Assembly (NCBI GenBank): GCA_021840555.1
Contig: JAKBXW010000002.1
Location: 17,900 to 81,899 of the forward strand
DNA: 64,000 nucleotides
Direction of reading: 5' to 3'
Source of the DNA: Nitrospirota bacterium
Lineage (GTDB): Bacteria; Nitrospirota; Leptospirillia; Leptospirillales; Leptospirillaceae
Positions 44,220-53,289 of the stretch are shown here, one piece after another. A program made the translations under genes and the position numbers. How positions within the stretch are numbered: position 1 is the first letter of the stretch; every line of letters starts with the position of its first letter. Below the pieces are notes generated by a model. The model saw only the letters and a list, made by a program, of their open reading frames with translations. It ran no database searches and was not told the origin of the DNA.

Positions 44220-45460
44220 AGGAGACGGCCGTCCGCAGGACGGCGTATCGGAAGGAGTTTTCCTAAAGCCCGGAGAATGATGTCCCTGGAAAAAGAACGG
44301 TAGTCCCGATCGCCTGTCAGAATCGAGGCGTAAAGCTCCAGAAGCTTGGGATATCGACCCGTCAGAGCAAAGAAGAAGCCCGGGAATCGATAAATTGTAC
44401 TGGCGAGGCGGGATCCCTGGCGGAAATCAGGCCAGATCTCCCTGTCCAGCCAACGGACATAATCCCTTGCGGAGCGCAGGGTGACGTCCGGACCTCCCTC
44501 CGGCGCGGTCCGGTTCCTGATATAGGCTTCCGCCGCCTTTGTTCCCGAAAGAACCGCGTAATAGATTCCTTCCCCCAGGAATGGATCGACAATCCCCCCC
44601 GCGTCACCGACGAGAAAAAGGCCGGGAATCCGGCCATGGCGGGCCGATCGAAAGTTCGGCAGGGGCCATGTGAAAACGCCCCCTCCATCGAGGTCGGCCT
44701 GGCTGGACTCCAGGTAGCGCGCAAAGACGGATCGAGGATCGACGAGAGGCTTGAGAAATCCGGCCACTCCAAGTCCGGAAAGAGAATCTTTCTTCGGGAA
44801 TGACCAGGCGTATCCTCCCGCAACCAGGCCAAGGTCGATGGCGACATAACGCGCGTCGATGGGGTCCCGGAGAGAGGCCCATCCCTCGGCGGAGGTCCAG
44901 GGCCGGAGGAGAGGATTGTCCCTCGCCTCCGTCATGGACGCTGGATCGAGATCCCTCAAGACCTTGCTGGTCGCGCCGTCCGCGGCAATGACAGCCCTTG
45001 CCAGCACGGTCTTCTCCCCCATCTTCGCCTCGAAGCGGTGCTCCCTGCGAAAAAGCTGGATGTTCCGGACTCCGGTCATGATTTGGGCCCCGGAGCCGCG
45101 CGCCCGGTTGAGGAGAGCCAGATCGAACTGGTCGCGCCGGACCTGGTAGGCGATCGGACGTCCGAAATCCTGGCGTTGCTCCCGGGTTCCCCGGAGGGTC
45201 AGACGAATCCCCTGCGTGGTCTGGTGGGGGAGTTCGTCCAGAAGGTTTGAAGGGAGATAGGGAAGGGTCCGGGCCGAAAGTCCGCCCCCACAGGGTTTTT
45301 CCCGGGGGAAATCGGCCCTGTCAACTCCGAGGGCGGCGACCCCTCCCTCGACCAGGAGCCGGAGAGCCGTGCTTCCGGCCGGACCGAGACCGACAACCAG
45401 AACCTCCACCTCAAGCGGCCGTGAGGCCTTTTGGCCGGTGATTTCGGACGTTTCGATCAT
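44216..45460 (-). CDS. FAD-dependent oxidoreductase, geranylgeranyl-reductase family
   Basis: 'VLVVGLGPAGS' dinucleotide fold, 'REKPCGGGLS', 'LVGDAGG'. Start ambiguous (ATG 45460 versus TTG 45499). Confidence 0.75.
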   Translation of the reverse strand: MIETSEITGQKASRPLEVEVLVVGLGPAGSTALRLLVEGGVAALGVDRADFPREKPCGGGLSARTLPYLPSNLLDELPHQTTQGIRLTLRGTREQRQDFGRPIAYQVRRDQFDLALLNRARGSGAQIMTGVRNIQLFRREHRFEAKMGEKTVLARAVIAADGATSKVLRDLDPASMTEARDNPLLRPWTSAEGWASLRDPIDARYVAIDLGLVAGGYAWSFPKKDSLSGLGVAGFLKPLVDPRSVFARYLESSQADLDGGGVFTWPLPNFRSARHGRIPGLFLVGDAGGIVDPFLGEGIYYAVLSGTKAAEAYIRNRTAPEGGPDVTLRSARDYVRWLDREIWPDFRQGSRLASTIYRFPGFFFALTGRYPKLLELYASILTGDRDYRSFSRDIILRALGKLLPIRRPADGRLL

Positions 45461-45476
45461 CGACGACGGTCCCGAG

Positions 45477-46229
45477 TCAGAGGTTGGGAGTCCAGCCAAT
45501 ATGATGCTGGGTCAGAAATGCAGAAATGATCGTAAAGGCATTCGTGAAGATCAGTGCGCCCATGACAACGAGGAAGCCCCCCGAAACCCGGGTGATCCAG
45601 GGCATCCACTGCTGGAGGGAGCGCATGCTTCCCAGGAAGAGATTGAAAAGGACGGAGGCGAGGATAAAGGGAATGGCCAATCCCAGGGAATAAAAGGAGA
45701 GAAGGAGCACTCCTTTCATGACGGTCCCCTGGGTCCCGGCATAGAAAAGGATGGCTCCAAGAATCGGCCCGACACAGGGCGTCCATCCTGCGGCAAAACC
45801 GATTCCGACCAGAAAGGATCCCGACAGGGTCGCCTTCTTCCCGCGAAAAGGAAGATGGAGTTCCTTGTTCAGGAAGGGGATTCGAAGCCATCCGGCGATG
45901 AACAGCCCGAAGAGGATGATCAGGATCGCCCCGAGTTTCCTGATGACATCCTGATAGGTCAGCAGAAGCTCTCCCAGGAAGGAAGCCGATGCGCCGAATC
46001 CGATGAAGAGCGCCGAAAAACCGAGGCTGAAAACCAGGGCATGGAGAAGCGATTCCCGCACGATGACCCGGCGCGACAATCCTTGAGAACGTCCCGTCAG
46101 CTCCTCGAAAGAAAGTCCCGTGATATAGGAGACATACGATGGAACGATCGGCAGGACGCAAGGAGAAACGAAGGAGACGAGTCCGGCCAGGAAGGCCAGT
46201 GTCCAGGAAATCGGCTGATGCGCCATCAA
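45477..46229 (-). CDS. ccdA: cytochrome c biogenesis thiol-reductant transporter CcdA (DsbD family)
   Basis: 'SFVSPCVLPIVPSYVSYI' and second 'GWTPCVGPILG' Cys motifs; 6 TM segments. Confidence 0.85.
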   Translation of the reverse strand: MMAHQPISWTLAFLAGLVSFVSPCVLPIVPSYVSYITGLSFEELTGRSQGLSRRVIVRESLLHALVFSLGFSALFIGFGASASFLGELLLTYQDVIRKLGAILIILFGLFIAGWLRIPFLNKELHLPFRGKKATLSGSFLVGIGFAAGWTPCVGPILGAILFYAGTQGTVMKGVLLLSFYSLGLAIPFILASVLFNLFLGSMRSLQQWMPWITRVSGGFLVVMGALIFTNAFTIISAFLTQHHIGWTPNL

Positions 46230-46843
46230 AAACCCGCCTTTGATGAAATGAAGCTTTTCAGGTAGCGTCGAACACGCGGGTCATTCCAGTCGACCGCCCC
46301 GGTGACCCGGCTCACGACCCGGCCTCCTGAGTCGACGACAAAGGTTGTCGGAAGACCGCGAACGCCCATCGCCCGGGAAAATGTCAGCGATGGATCAAGT
46401 AGGAGGGGGAACGCCGGCCCGTGCTTCCCGATAAACCGCTTCAGGGCATCCGGCCCCGTTGGCCCCTCCAGGATCCCCTGAACCCGGATCATGCCCTCAG
46501 ACCCCCGGGCGAGACTCGAGAGGGAGGGGATTTCCTGAAGGCAAGGGGCACACCAGGGCGCCATGAAATTCAAAATCAGAAGCGGGTGGCCGGAGAAGCT
46601 CGCGGTGTTGATCCGGCGACCCGTGAGATCCTTCAGAACCAGCGAAGGGAGCAAGGGGGGCGAGGACTGATCCCGGTCCATCCCGGCTCCGGATGCCGAC
46701 GGCAACCCGACGGACGGGCCACCCAGGAAAAAGAGAACCCCCAGAAAAAACAAACCGAGCAAGTAATGGAACGGCCACGGAACGAGTCTCGACGTCACGG
46801 CGCGCCCACCGACCCTAAGCCCTTCAATACCCTGATCCGTCAT
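46226..46843 (-). CDS. TlpA/ResA-like thiol:disulfide oxidoreductase (membrane anchored), copy 2
   Basis: 'LILNFMAPWCAPCLQEIP' thioredoxin CxxC and an N-terminal TM. Start chosen to limit overlap with the upstream gene. Confidence 0.75.
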   Translation of the reverse strand: MTDQGIEGLRVGGRAVTSRLVPWPFHYLLGLFFLGVLFFLGGPSVGLPSASGAGMDRDQSSPPLLPSLVLKDLTGRRINTASFSGHPLLILNFMAPWCAPCLQEIPSLSSLARGSEGMIRVQGILEGPTGPDALKRFIGKHGPAFPLLLDPSLTFSRAMGVRGLPTTFVVDSGGRVVSRVTGAVDWNDPRVRRYLKSFISSKAGF

Positions 46844-47423
46844 CCTTCTTTGCGGCAAGATAGGCTGCCGGAGTGCTGGGACCATGGTCAAGAAGATTGT
46901 GAACGGTGACAAGGCTGTTTTTCATTCTCCAGTCGCGCGGGCCGATGACATGTTCCGCCACGACCCCCTTCTGGTCGATGATGAAGGTTTCAGGAACACC
47001 CGTGATCTTGTAAAGATGATCCAGCTTTCCCAATGGGTCTGTCGGAACGGGAAAGTCGATTCCGTATTTCGCGAGAAATGGCCTGATTTTTCCCTGATAG
47101 AAGACGTTGTTTTCGTTAACGGCGATCAGTTCAAAACGATCTCCCGCCAGATTCTTGAACCCGTGGTACATTTCCTCCATCGAGGGCATTTCCTGACGGC
47201 AGGGTTTGCACCAGGTCGCCCAAAAATTGAGCATCACGACCTTTCCCCTGAGATCTGCCAAATGGACGGTTTTTCCATCGACAGTGGAGAGGGTGAAGTC
47301 GGGTGCCACCATCCCGACGGAAACAGGGGTGATGTTCGCGGTCTTCACGACATATCCGATCACAAGAACCACGACCGCCGCCGCCACGATATAGGGCCAT
47401 TTGTCTTTCATTCCGCCATTCAT
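46824..47423 (-). CDS. resA: TlpA/ResA-like thiol:disulfide oxidoreductase, copy 1
   Basis: 'VMLNFWATWCKPCRQEMP', N-terminal TM anchor, 'GVPETFIID'. Confidence 0.8.
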   Translation of the reverse strand: MNGGMKDKWPYIVAAAVVVLVIGYVVKTANITPVSVGMVAPDFTLSTVDGKTVHLADLRGKVVMLNFWATWCKPCRQEMPSMEEMYHGFKNLAGDRFELIAVNENNVFYQGKIRPFLAKYGIDFPVPTDPLGKLDHLYKITGVPETFIIDQKGVVAEHVIGPRDWRMKNSLVTVHNLLDHGPSTPAAYLAAKKDDGSGY

Positions 47424-47441
47424 TTCCTTCCTCCCGCCTCC

Positions 47442-48296
47442 TCAGGCCGCGTAGGCATGGAGACCCGGGATGATGAAACTGACACCCCAGTACAAAAAGA
47501 TGACCGCCACAAACCCGAGGATCGAAAAGTAGGCGCTCGGGGCCCCCCGGAGGCCACGGGTCATACGGGCGTGAAGGTAGGCCGCATAGACGAACCATGT
47601 GATCAGGGACCATGTCTCCTTGGGATCCCAGGACCAGTAACCGCCCCATGCCTCATAGGCCCACATCGCGCCGAAGATGACTCCCAGCGTCAGGAGGGGA
47701 AATCCGACGAGCACGGATTTGTAGGTCAGGTCGTCCAGATCCTCTGCCGAGGGGAATTCCTGCAGGATCCATCCCACTGATCCTTTCTTTTCAGCACGGC
47801 GCTTGGCGAGATAGATCCCGGCGAGCGCCGCCGAGATTCCGAATGCCGCATAGGATAGAAACATCGTGAACACATGAATTTTGAGCCAGTAGGAATTGAG
47901 AGCCGGATTGAGGGGCTCGACCATCTGATAGCGGTAAGGAAGCATGCGCGCCGCACCGACCGCAAACATGACGATTGTCAGGACAAAGGCCCCCGCCACC
48001 CGCACCTTGTATTTGAACTCCATGACCATGTAGCCAAGGACGGAGGCCCATGAGAACAGGAACAGGGTCTCATAGAGGTTGGACCAGGGAGCGTGATGAT
48101 CAGCGACGCCTCGTCCGACAAGGGCGGCGGTGTTGACGATCCAGCCCGAAAAGGTCACGGTTGAGGCGATCTTCCCGACCTCTTTCCGGTGGGAGATAAG
48201 AAAGAGAAAGTACGCGACTGTACCGGCAAGGTACAGGACGATCACGGTGTTATAAAGAATGAAGGACGATCCGACAGAATTAATAAGGGACATCAC
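47442..48296 (-). CDS. ccsA: cytochrome c biogenesis protein CcsA/ResC (system II heme handling)
   Basis: Trp-rich 'WGGYWSWDPKETWSLITW' motif and flanking conserved His. Confidence 0.9.
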   Translation of the reverse strand: MMSLINSVGSSFILYNTVIVLYLAGTVAYFLFLISHRKEVGKIASTVTFSGWIVNTAALVGRGVADHHAPWSNLYETLFLFSWASVLGYMVMEFKYKVRVAGAFVLTIVMFAVGAARMLPYRYQMVEPLNPALNSYWLKIHVFTMFLSYAAFGISAALAGIYLAKRRAEKKGSVGWILQEFPSAEDLDDLTYKSVLVGFPLLTLGVIFGAMWAYEAWGGYWSWDPKETWSLITWFVYAAYLHARMTRGLRGAPSAYFSILGFVAVIFLYWGVSFIIPGLHAYAA

Positions 48297-48391
48297 CAGT
48301 CTCCTTGCTCAATGTTCGATATATAAGATCTCCGGAGCTCCGCCTCCGGTGAGAGTTTCTTTCGTTGGAGCATCTTGCAAGCCTCCCCCTC

Positions 48392-49948
48392 CTATCCGTT
48401 CGAAAGGGAAGGTCTCTGCGTCATCGCGCCGGACACAGGCTCCGGTGCGGGACGGTCGGGGGGTGACAACGCCGTCTTCAGGTCTGCCACGATCCCCTCG
48501 AACTCTCTCTCAAACCCGATCTTGTCCTTGTGTCCGAATCCGCCGACAGAGAGGGAAAGCCCCTCCCCGTGCGGACGGATCCGAAGCCAGATCTTCCGGT
48601 GGAAGATGAAGGAGGACAGGAAAAGACCGCCGACGAGAAGAAAAGATCCCGTCCAGACGACAGGGACCCCGGGATCCTTCGCAAGTTCAAGCCCGGTATA
48701 GAAAGGGGCATGATATCCTCCGAAGATGAAGAACTCCGGAACGCTTTTCAGAACCTGGACCTGAGGAAACTTGTAAAAAAGCCAAGGACTTCCCAGGAGC
48801 TTTCCATCCTGGTACACCTCGATCTGGACCGCGGGGTTCTTGGGCTTTTCCGACTGGGTGAAGACAGAGCCCGTCTTGGGGTCGAAGGCAAAGTCCGAGA
48901 CATACCGGACCGCCTTCAGAGTGTAAGGGGTCCTCGGGATCGGGGTCGGCTTGTCCCAGGGCAGGGAGAACCGTCCGATGAACTGCTTTTTCTCTTTGTC
49001 GACGACGAGGACGTCAGCCGATTCGAGGCGGTCGGGTGCCTCTCCGAAACTCGCCTGATAGAAACGAAGTCCTTCAAATGACAGCGGATGGTTGACCTGG
49101 ATGATCTTGTGCTTCAGGATTTTGCCATCCTTGAGGATATCCACATCGCTGAAGTAGGACTTGACCATTCCGTTCTTGTAGTGAGTGATCCAGAACTTGT
49201 TGACGCGAAGATCCCATCCCCCCTGGGGAATGAATGTGGTCGTGTGCACATAGAATGTTCCGAACAGGCGAAATCCCGTCAGGCTGCCCAAAAGTCCGCC
49301 CGCAAGTATGACAATCACGGAAAGATGGGCCACATGGGATCCGATGCGGCCGAGGACGCCCTTGTGCGCAAAAATCGCAGTTTCCTTGCCATCGTCCGAC
49401 CTCTGGACCTGATAATGCCGGGCCTTGAGGGTATCGATGACCAGAGAGGGAACTTCGGTGGCGGGAACCGGGGAGCGTGAGATTTCTATCTCCTGGTACT
49501 CCTTCTGCTTTTTCAGAAAATCGCGGCTGACGCTCACGCGTTCCCTGAACAGGGAGCGGATGGTCACCGGGAAACGACGGTAGACGCAGGTCAGGGCGTT
49601 CACGCAAAGGAGCGCCAGGAGGCTCGTGTAGTACCAACTGTGATAGATGTTGTCGATCTTGAGATTCAGGATCCAGGGCCCCCATTTGGGACCATAGGAG
49701 GCGAGATAGAAGGCGGGATCCCTTCCCTGTTCGATAAATGTTCCGAAGATCGTCAGAACCGCCAGTGTCAGGAAGAGGACGATCGCCAGGATCAGGGAGG
49801 AGAGAAAACGGATCAGGACATGGTCTCGGGCTTTCGAACCGGGGGCAGAAGGGGAAGGTCCCGAGGATTTCCCGGACCCTTCGACTCCGGACGCCCCTTC
49901 GATTTCAAGTGTTTGCTGCTCGTCAGGACTATATCGCTCTGTCATCAA
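48392..49948 (-). CDS. ccsB: cytochrome c biogenesis protein CcsB/ResB
   Basis: ResB architecture: N-terminal TMs, large periplasmic domain, C-terminal TM. Located immediately upstream of ccsA. Confidence 0.85.
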   Translation of the reverse strand: MMTERYSPDEQQTLEIEGASGVEGSGKSSGPSPSAPGSKARDHVLIRFLSSLILAIVLFLTLAVLTIFGTFIEQGRDPAFYLASYGPKWGPWILNLKIDNIYHSWYYTSLLALLCVNALTCVYRRFPVTIRSLFRERVSVSRDFLKKQKEYQEIEISRSPVPATEVPSLVIDTLKARHYQVQRSDDGKETAIFAHKGVLGRIGSHVAHLSVIVILAGGLLGSLTGFRLFGTFYVHTTTFIPQGGWDLRVNKFWITHYKNGMVKSYFSDVDILKDGKILKHKIIQVNHPLSFEGLRFYQASFGEAPDRLESADVLVVDKEKKQFIGRFSLPWDKPTPIPRTPYTLKAVRYVSDFAFDPKTGSVFTQSEKPKNPAVQIEVYQDGKLLGSPWLFYKFPQVQVLKSVPEFFIFGGYHAPFYTGLELAKDPGVPVVWTGSFLLVGGLFLSSFIFHRKIWLRIRPHGEGLSLSVGGFGHKDKIGFEREFEGIVADLKTALSPPDRPAPEPVSGAMTQRPSLSNG

Positions 49949-50112
49949 CTATCCTTGGAATGATCGAAAAGACAACACACCCCTTTCCCTCTAAAAAAAG
50001 CCGGAGTCTCAGGGGGACTATCCTGTCAGAAGGGTTTCGGAAATCTTTTTCTGTTCCTTCAGAATACTGATCCGACGCCTTTTCGTCAAATTCCGGAACG
50101 ATTGGATCCGAC

Positions 50113-51672
50113 TCAGGGAAGATGGCCCGCAATGAGATACTTGAGTGTTTCGTCGTTCAGGATGATCCCTCCTCCGACCAGGGGAGAGGCCACGCTCGAG
50201 TTGAAGGCGTTGTAATACCCCGCATTGAGCCAGATATGGTTGAAAATCGTGTATGTCAGGTACAGACGGGAATAGGGGTTGGGAGTCAGCGGATCGTAAG
50301 TGCCGATATTGTAGACCGTCAGGGTGATGAAGAGATTCTTCAAAATCTGATAGTCGGCCCCGAACCCGAAACTGTTCTCAATCAGACCAGCCCGAACGTC
50401 GAAATCTCCAAACTTCTCCCCGAACTCCACGCTGAACTTGATCCCCTGCGTGGTCCCGGTGATCTGCGTGGGTCCCGCCACATAGTTTCCGTTGATCTGG
50501 GTGTAGGGCGTCGACTGGGTGTAATAGGGATTCGTGGTGCTCACCACCTGGATCCTGTAAAACTTGTCCGAGCGGGGATAGAGGTCGAGCGTGAAGAAGC
50601 CTTCGGCGGTCCCGGCCCTGGGCATGTAAAATCCGCGCATCCAGACGTTCAGTTGCATCCGGTCGGCCTTGTTCGTGACACCCGAGAGCTTTTTGAGCGT
50701 TTTCGACAGATTGTCGTAAACATCCGGATTGTTGACAAGCTTTCCGATCGTTCCCTGGCCGTCGTCGATTTTCTTAAGGATGCTGTTGAGGTGGGCCAGA
50801 GACTGGTCGGCGTTGGCGTAGACATCGTTCTTGTTGACCAGAGATCCGATCGTTCCCACCCCGTTGTCGATCTTGTTGGCGATGGAGTCGACCTTGTTGA
50901 GGATGTCCGGCGATTTTTTCTTGAGACTCACAGTAAAATCCCGGAGATTGGCCGTGAGTTCGTCCAGATGTTTGAGTGTCCTCCGAATCTGCTCCTTTCC
51001 CTGGGCTGTTCCGATCGACCCTTTGAGGGAATTTGAGACCGCCTGGATGTCGTCGGCGATCTTGTTGAGCTTTTTAACCAGCCGGTTGACGCTTACAGTG
51101 GTTCCCGGAGCAGCCAGAGTCGCACCCGGCTTGAGCTCTCCCGAAGACGACGGAGAAGGGGTAGCGGGTCCGGCTGACTGTGCAGCCGCCGGAGAAGTCG
51201 CAACCGCAGCGCCGGCCCCTCCCTCATCGGCCCAGGCCCTTTCCGTCAGGGAAATCCCTCCGAAGATCCGGTGAAGGATCCCTGGAGGCTCCCGGTCCCT
51301 TCCCGGATCCAGCCGGGGCCGAATCCCTGATGGACCGGGTTCGATCTCCACATACATCTTCCCGAGAAACCCGTTTGAAAAGATGATGGCCCGGGCATCA
51401 GCGGGGATGACCACTTGCTTGCTGACCAGCATGCGGACCCGTGCCAGTCCGGAGGAACTCAGGGTAATAGCGTCGACCTCCCCCACCTTGACTCCCGCCA
51501 CCTCCACTTCGGTCCCTTTTTCAAGTCCATCCACGGAGGAGAACTCCGCGTAAAAGACAAAGGAGTGGTCCGGCTTCATCTTGTGATGGCCAAGACGCAC
51601 GGAGAGAAATGCGATCACTCCCAGAGCGACCAGCACAAAAAAACCAAGCCGCGTTTCGGCGGACACCTTCAA
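50113..51672 (-). CDS. mlaD: MlaD/MCE-domain protein with long helical-repeat and beta-rich C-terminal extension
   Basis: N-terminal TM plus MCE domain 'GLEKGTEVEVAGVKVGEV'. Two 'G.GTIG.LVN..DVY.N' repeats. C-terminal 180 aa are rich in Tyr/Gly/Asn. Confidence 0.8.
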   Translation of the reverse strand: MKVSAETRLGFFVLVALGVIAFLSVRLGHHKMKPDHSFVFYAEFSSVDGLEKGTEVEVAGVKVGEVDAITLSSSGLARVRMLVSKQVVIPADARAIIFSNGFLGKMYVEIEPGPSGIRPRLDPGRDREPPGILHRIFGGISLTERAWADEGGAGAAVATSPAAAQSAGPATPSPSSSGELKPGATLAAPGTTVSVNRLVKKLNKIADDIQAVSNSLKGSIGTAQGKEQIRRTLKHLDELTANLRDFTVSLKKKSPDILNKVDSIANKIDNGVGTIGSLVNKNDVYANADQSLAHLNSILKKIDDGQGTIGKLVNNPDVYDNLSKTLKKLSGVTNKADRMQLNVWMRGFYMPRAGTAEGFFTLDLYPRSDKFYRIQVVSTTNPYYTQSTPYTQINGNYVAGPTQITGTTQGIKFSVEFGEKFGDFDVRAGLIENSFGFGADYQILKNLFITLTVYNIGTYDPLTPNPYSRLYLTYTIFNHIWLNAGYYNAFNSSVASPLVGGGIILNDETLKYLIAGHLP

Positions 51673-51727
51673 GGAAAAGCTCCTTCAATAAGCAAACAGG
51701 GCAATGGATGCGGACAATTCAGGATTT

Positions 51728-52507
51728 TCACAAATCTTCGCCGACAATGACGGGGATGGGACCCGACGTTTCTCCGCGAACAAACTGTCCAAGAACGGGA
51801 TCAGTCGTCTCCCGGACCTCCCGGGAGGATCCGGAAAAATGAATCTTCCCATTGTAGAGGAACAGGATCCTGTCGGAGATCCTGAAAGCGCTGTTCATGT
51901 CATGGGTAATCACAAGACTTGTCACATGAAGCTCCGCCTTCATCTTGAGAATCAGCTCGTCTATCGAGCTTGCCAGGACGGGATCGAGACCCGTGGTCGG
52001 CTCATCGTAAAGAAGAATTTCGGGCTCCAGGGCAATGGCTCTCGCGATTCCAACCCGTTTTTTCATTCCCCCGGAAATTTCGGAAGGGTATTTGTGTTCG
52101 ACCCGGGACAATCCGACCAGGCGAAGCTTTTCCCGGGCTATCCGCTCGATCTCCCTGGCCGGGAGATCCCTCCGATGCATTGTCAGTCCAAATGAAACAT
52201 TTTCAAGACAGGTCATCGAATCGAACAGGGCCGACTCCTGAAAAACCATTCCCATTTTTTTACGGACCTCGTCCAAAGGCTTTCCCGAAAGCCCGACGAT
52301 CGATTCCCCGTCTATCCGGACATCCCCCGAATCGGGTGCCAACAGCCGCATGACATGCTTCAGGAGAACCGACTTCCCTTGGCCGGATCCTCCGATAATA
52401 CAATAAGTCTGCCCCCTTGGAACCTCAAAGGAGATGTTCCGGAGAACCTCCTGATTGCCGAATCTTTTGCAAAGGTTCGAAATGGTGATCGAGGGCGGAG
52501 AGGCCAT
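51728..52507 (-). CDS. mlaF: ABC transporter ATP-binding protein MlaF
   Basis: Walker A 'GGSGQGKS', signature 'ISGGMKKRV', Walker B 'LLYDEPT'. Start at 'MASPPSITISNL', overlapping the mlaE stop. Confidence 0.9.
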   Translation of the reverse strand: MASPPSITISNLCKRFGNQEVLRNISFEVPRGQTYCIIGGSGQGKSVLLKHVMRLLAPDSGDVRIDGESIVGLSGKPLDEVRKKMGMVFQESALFDSMTCLENVSFGLTMHRRDLPAREIERIAREKLRLVGLSRVEHKYPSEISGGMKKRVGIARAIALEPEILLYDEPTTGLDPVLASSIDELILKMKAELHVTSLVITHDMNSAFRISDRILFLYNGKIHFSGSSREVRETTDPVLGQFVRGETSGPIPVIVGEDL

Positions 52508-53289
52508 CAGAACAGCCATGCCGTCAGGAAATAGTCGACGATCAGGATGCTCATGGAGGCGCTGACAACGGAGCGGGTCACCGCCCGGCCCACTCCCGCC
52601 GCCCCTCCGGAGGCGACAAATCCTGTCCGGCAAGCCCACAAGGAAAGGATCCCTCCGAAAAAGACGGATTTTACGATTCCCGAAAGGAAGTCGTGCAATT
52701 CGACATAATGCCGGATCTCCTGAAAATAGAGATGGGGGGACAGGCCCAGCAACTTGACCGAGACAAAGTACCCTCCCCCGATTCCGATGAGATCGGCGAG
52801 CGCCGTAAGGAGGGGAAGCGCCACAAGGGAGGCATAGATCCTCGGTGTGACCAAATAGTCGGCGGGGTTCACCGCCAGACTTTCCAGTGCATCGATCTGC
52901 TCGGTGACGCGCATGCTTCCAAGTTCGGCCGCCATGGCCGATCCTGAACGTCCTGTGACCATGAGGCTCGTGATGACCGGTCCGAGTTCCCGGGTCATCG
53001 ACAATGTCACGACGGCCCCGACTAGACTTTCGGCGTTGAACTTCCGAAAGCCGATCCACGCCTGGAGAGCCAGCACCATACCGGTAAAAAAGGCCGTCAC
53101 TCCGACCACGATGGTCGAATCCGCCCCGATTTTCAAAAGCTGCTCGAGAAAATTCCTGAAAAGAAAGGCCGGCCTGAACACTCCCAGGATTCCACGGACA
53201 CCCAGAAGAAAGAGGGCTCCGGATCCCTCCAGGAGAGCGGCAATTCCGTCACCTACTGTTTTCAAGAGACCTTCCGGCATCCCCGACAA
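52507..53289 (-). CDS. mlaE: ABC transporter permease MlaE
   Basis: 'TRELGPVITSLMVTGRSGSAMAAELGSMRVTEQIDAL' is the MlaE family signature. Confidence 0.9.
   Translation of the reverse strand: MSGMPEGLLKTVGDGIAALLEGSGALFLLGVRGILGVFRPAFLFRNFLEQLLKIGADSTIVVGVTAFFTGMVLALQAWIGFRKFNAESLVGAVVTLSMTRELGPVITSLMVTGRSGSAMAAELGSMRVTEQIDALESLAVNPADYLVTPRIYASLVALPLLTALADLIGIGGGYFVSVKLLGLSPHLYFQEIRHYVELHDFLSGIVKSVFFGGILSLWACRTGFVASGGAAGVGRAVTRSVVSASMSILIVDYFLTAWLF

Noticed and set aside
49993-49999. T7 run (minus strand) after mlaD as an intrinsic terminator
   Set aside because: I could find only a 4-bp stem (AGTC/GACT) before the T-run, which is not convincing without folding software.
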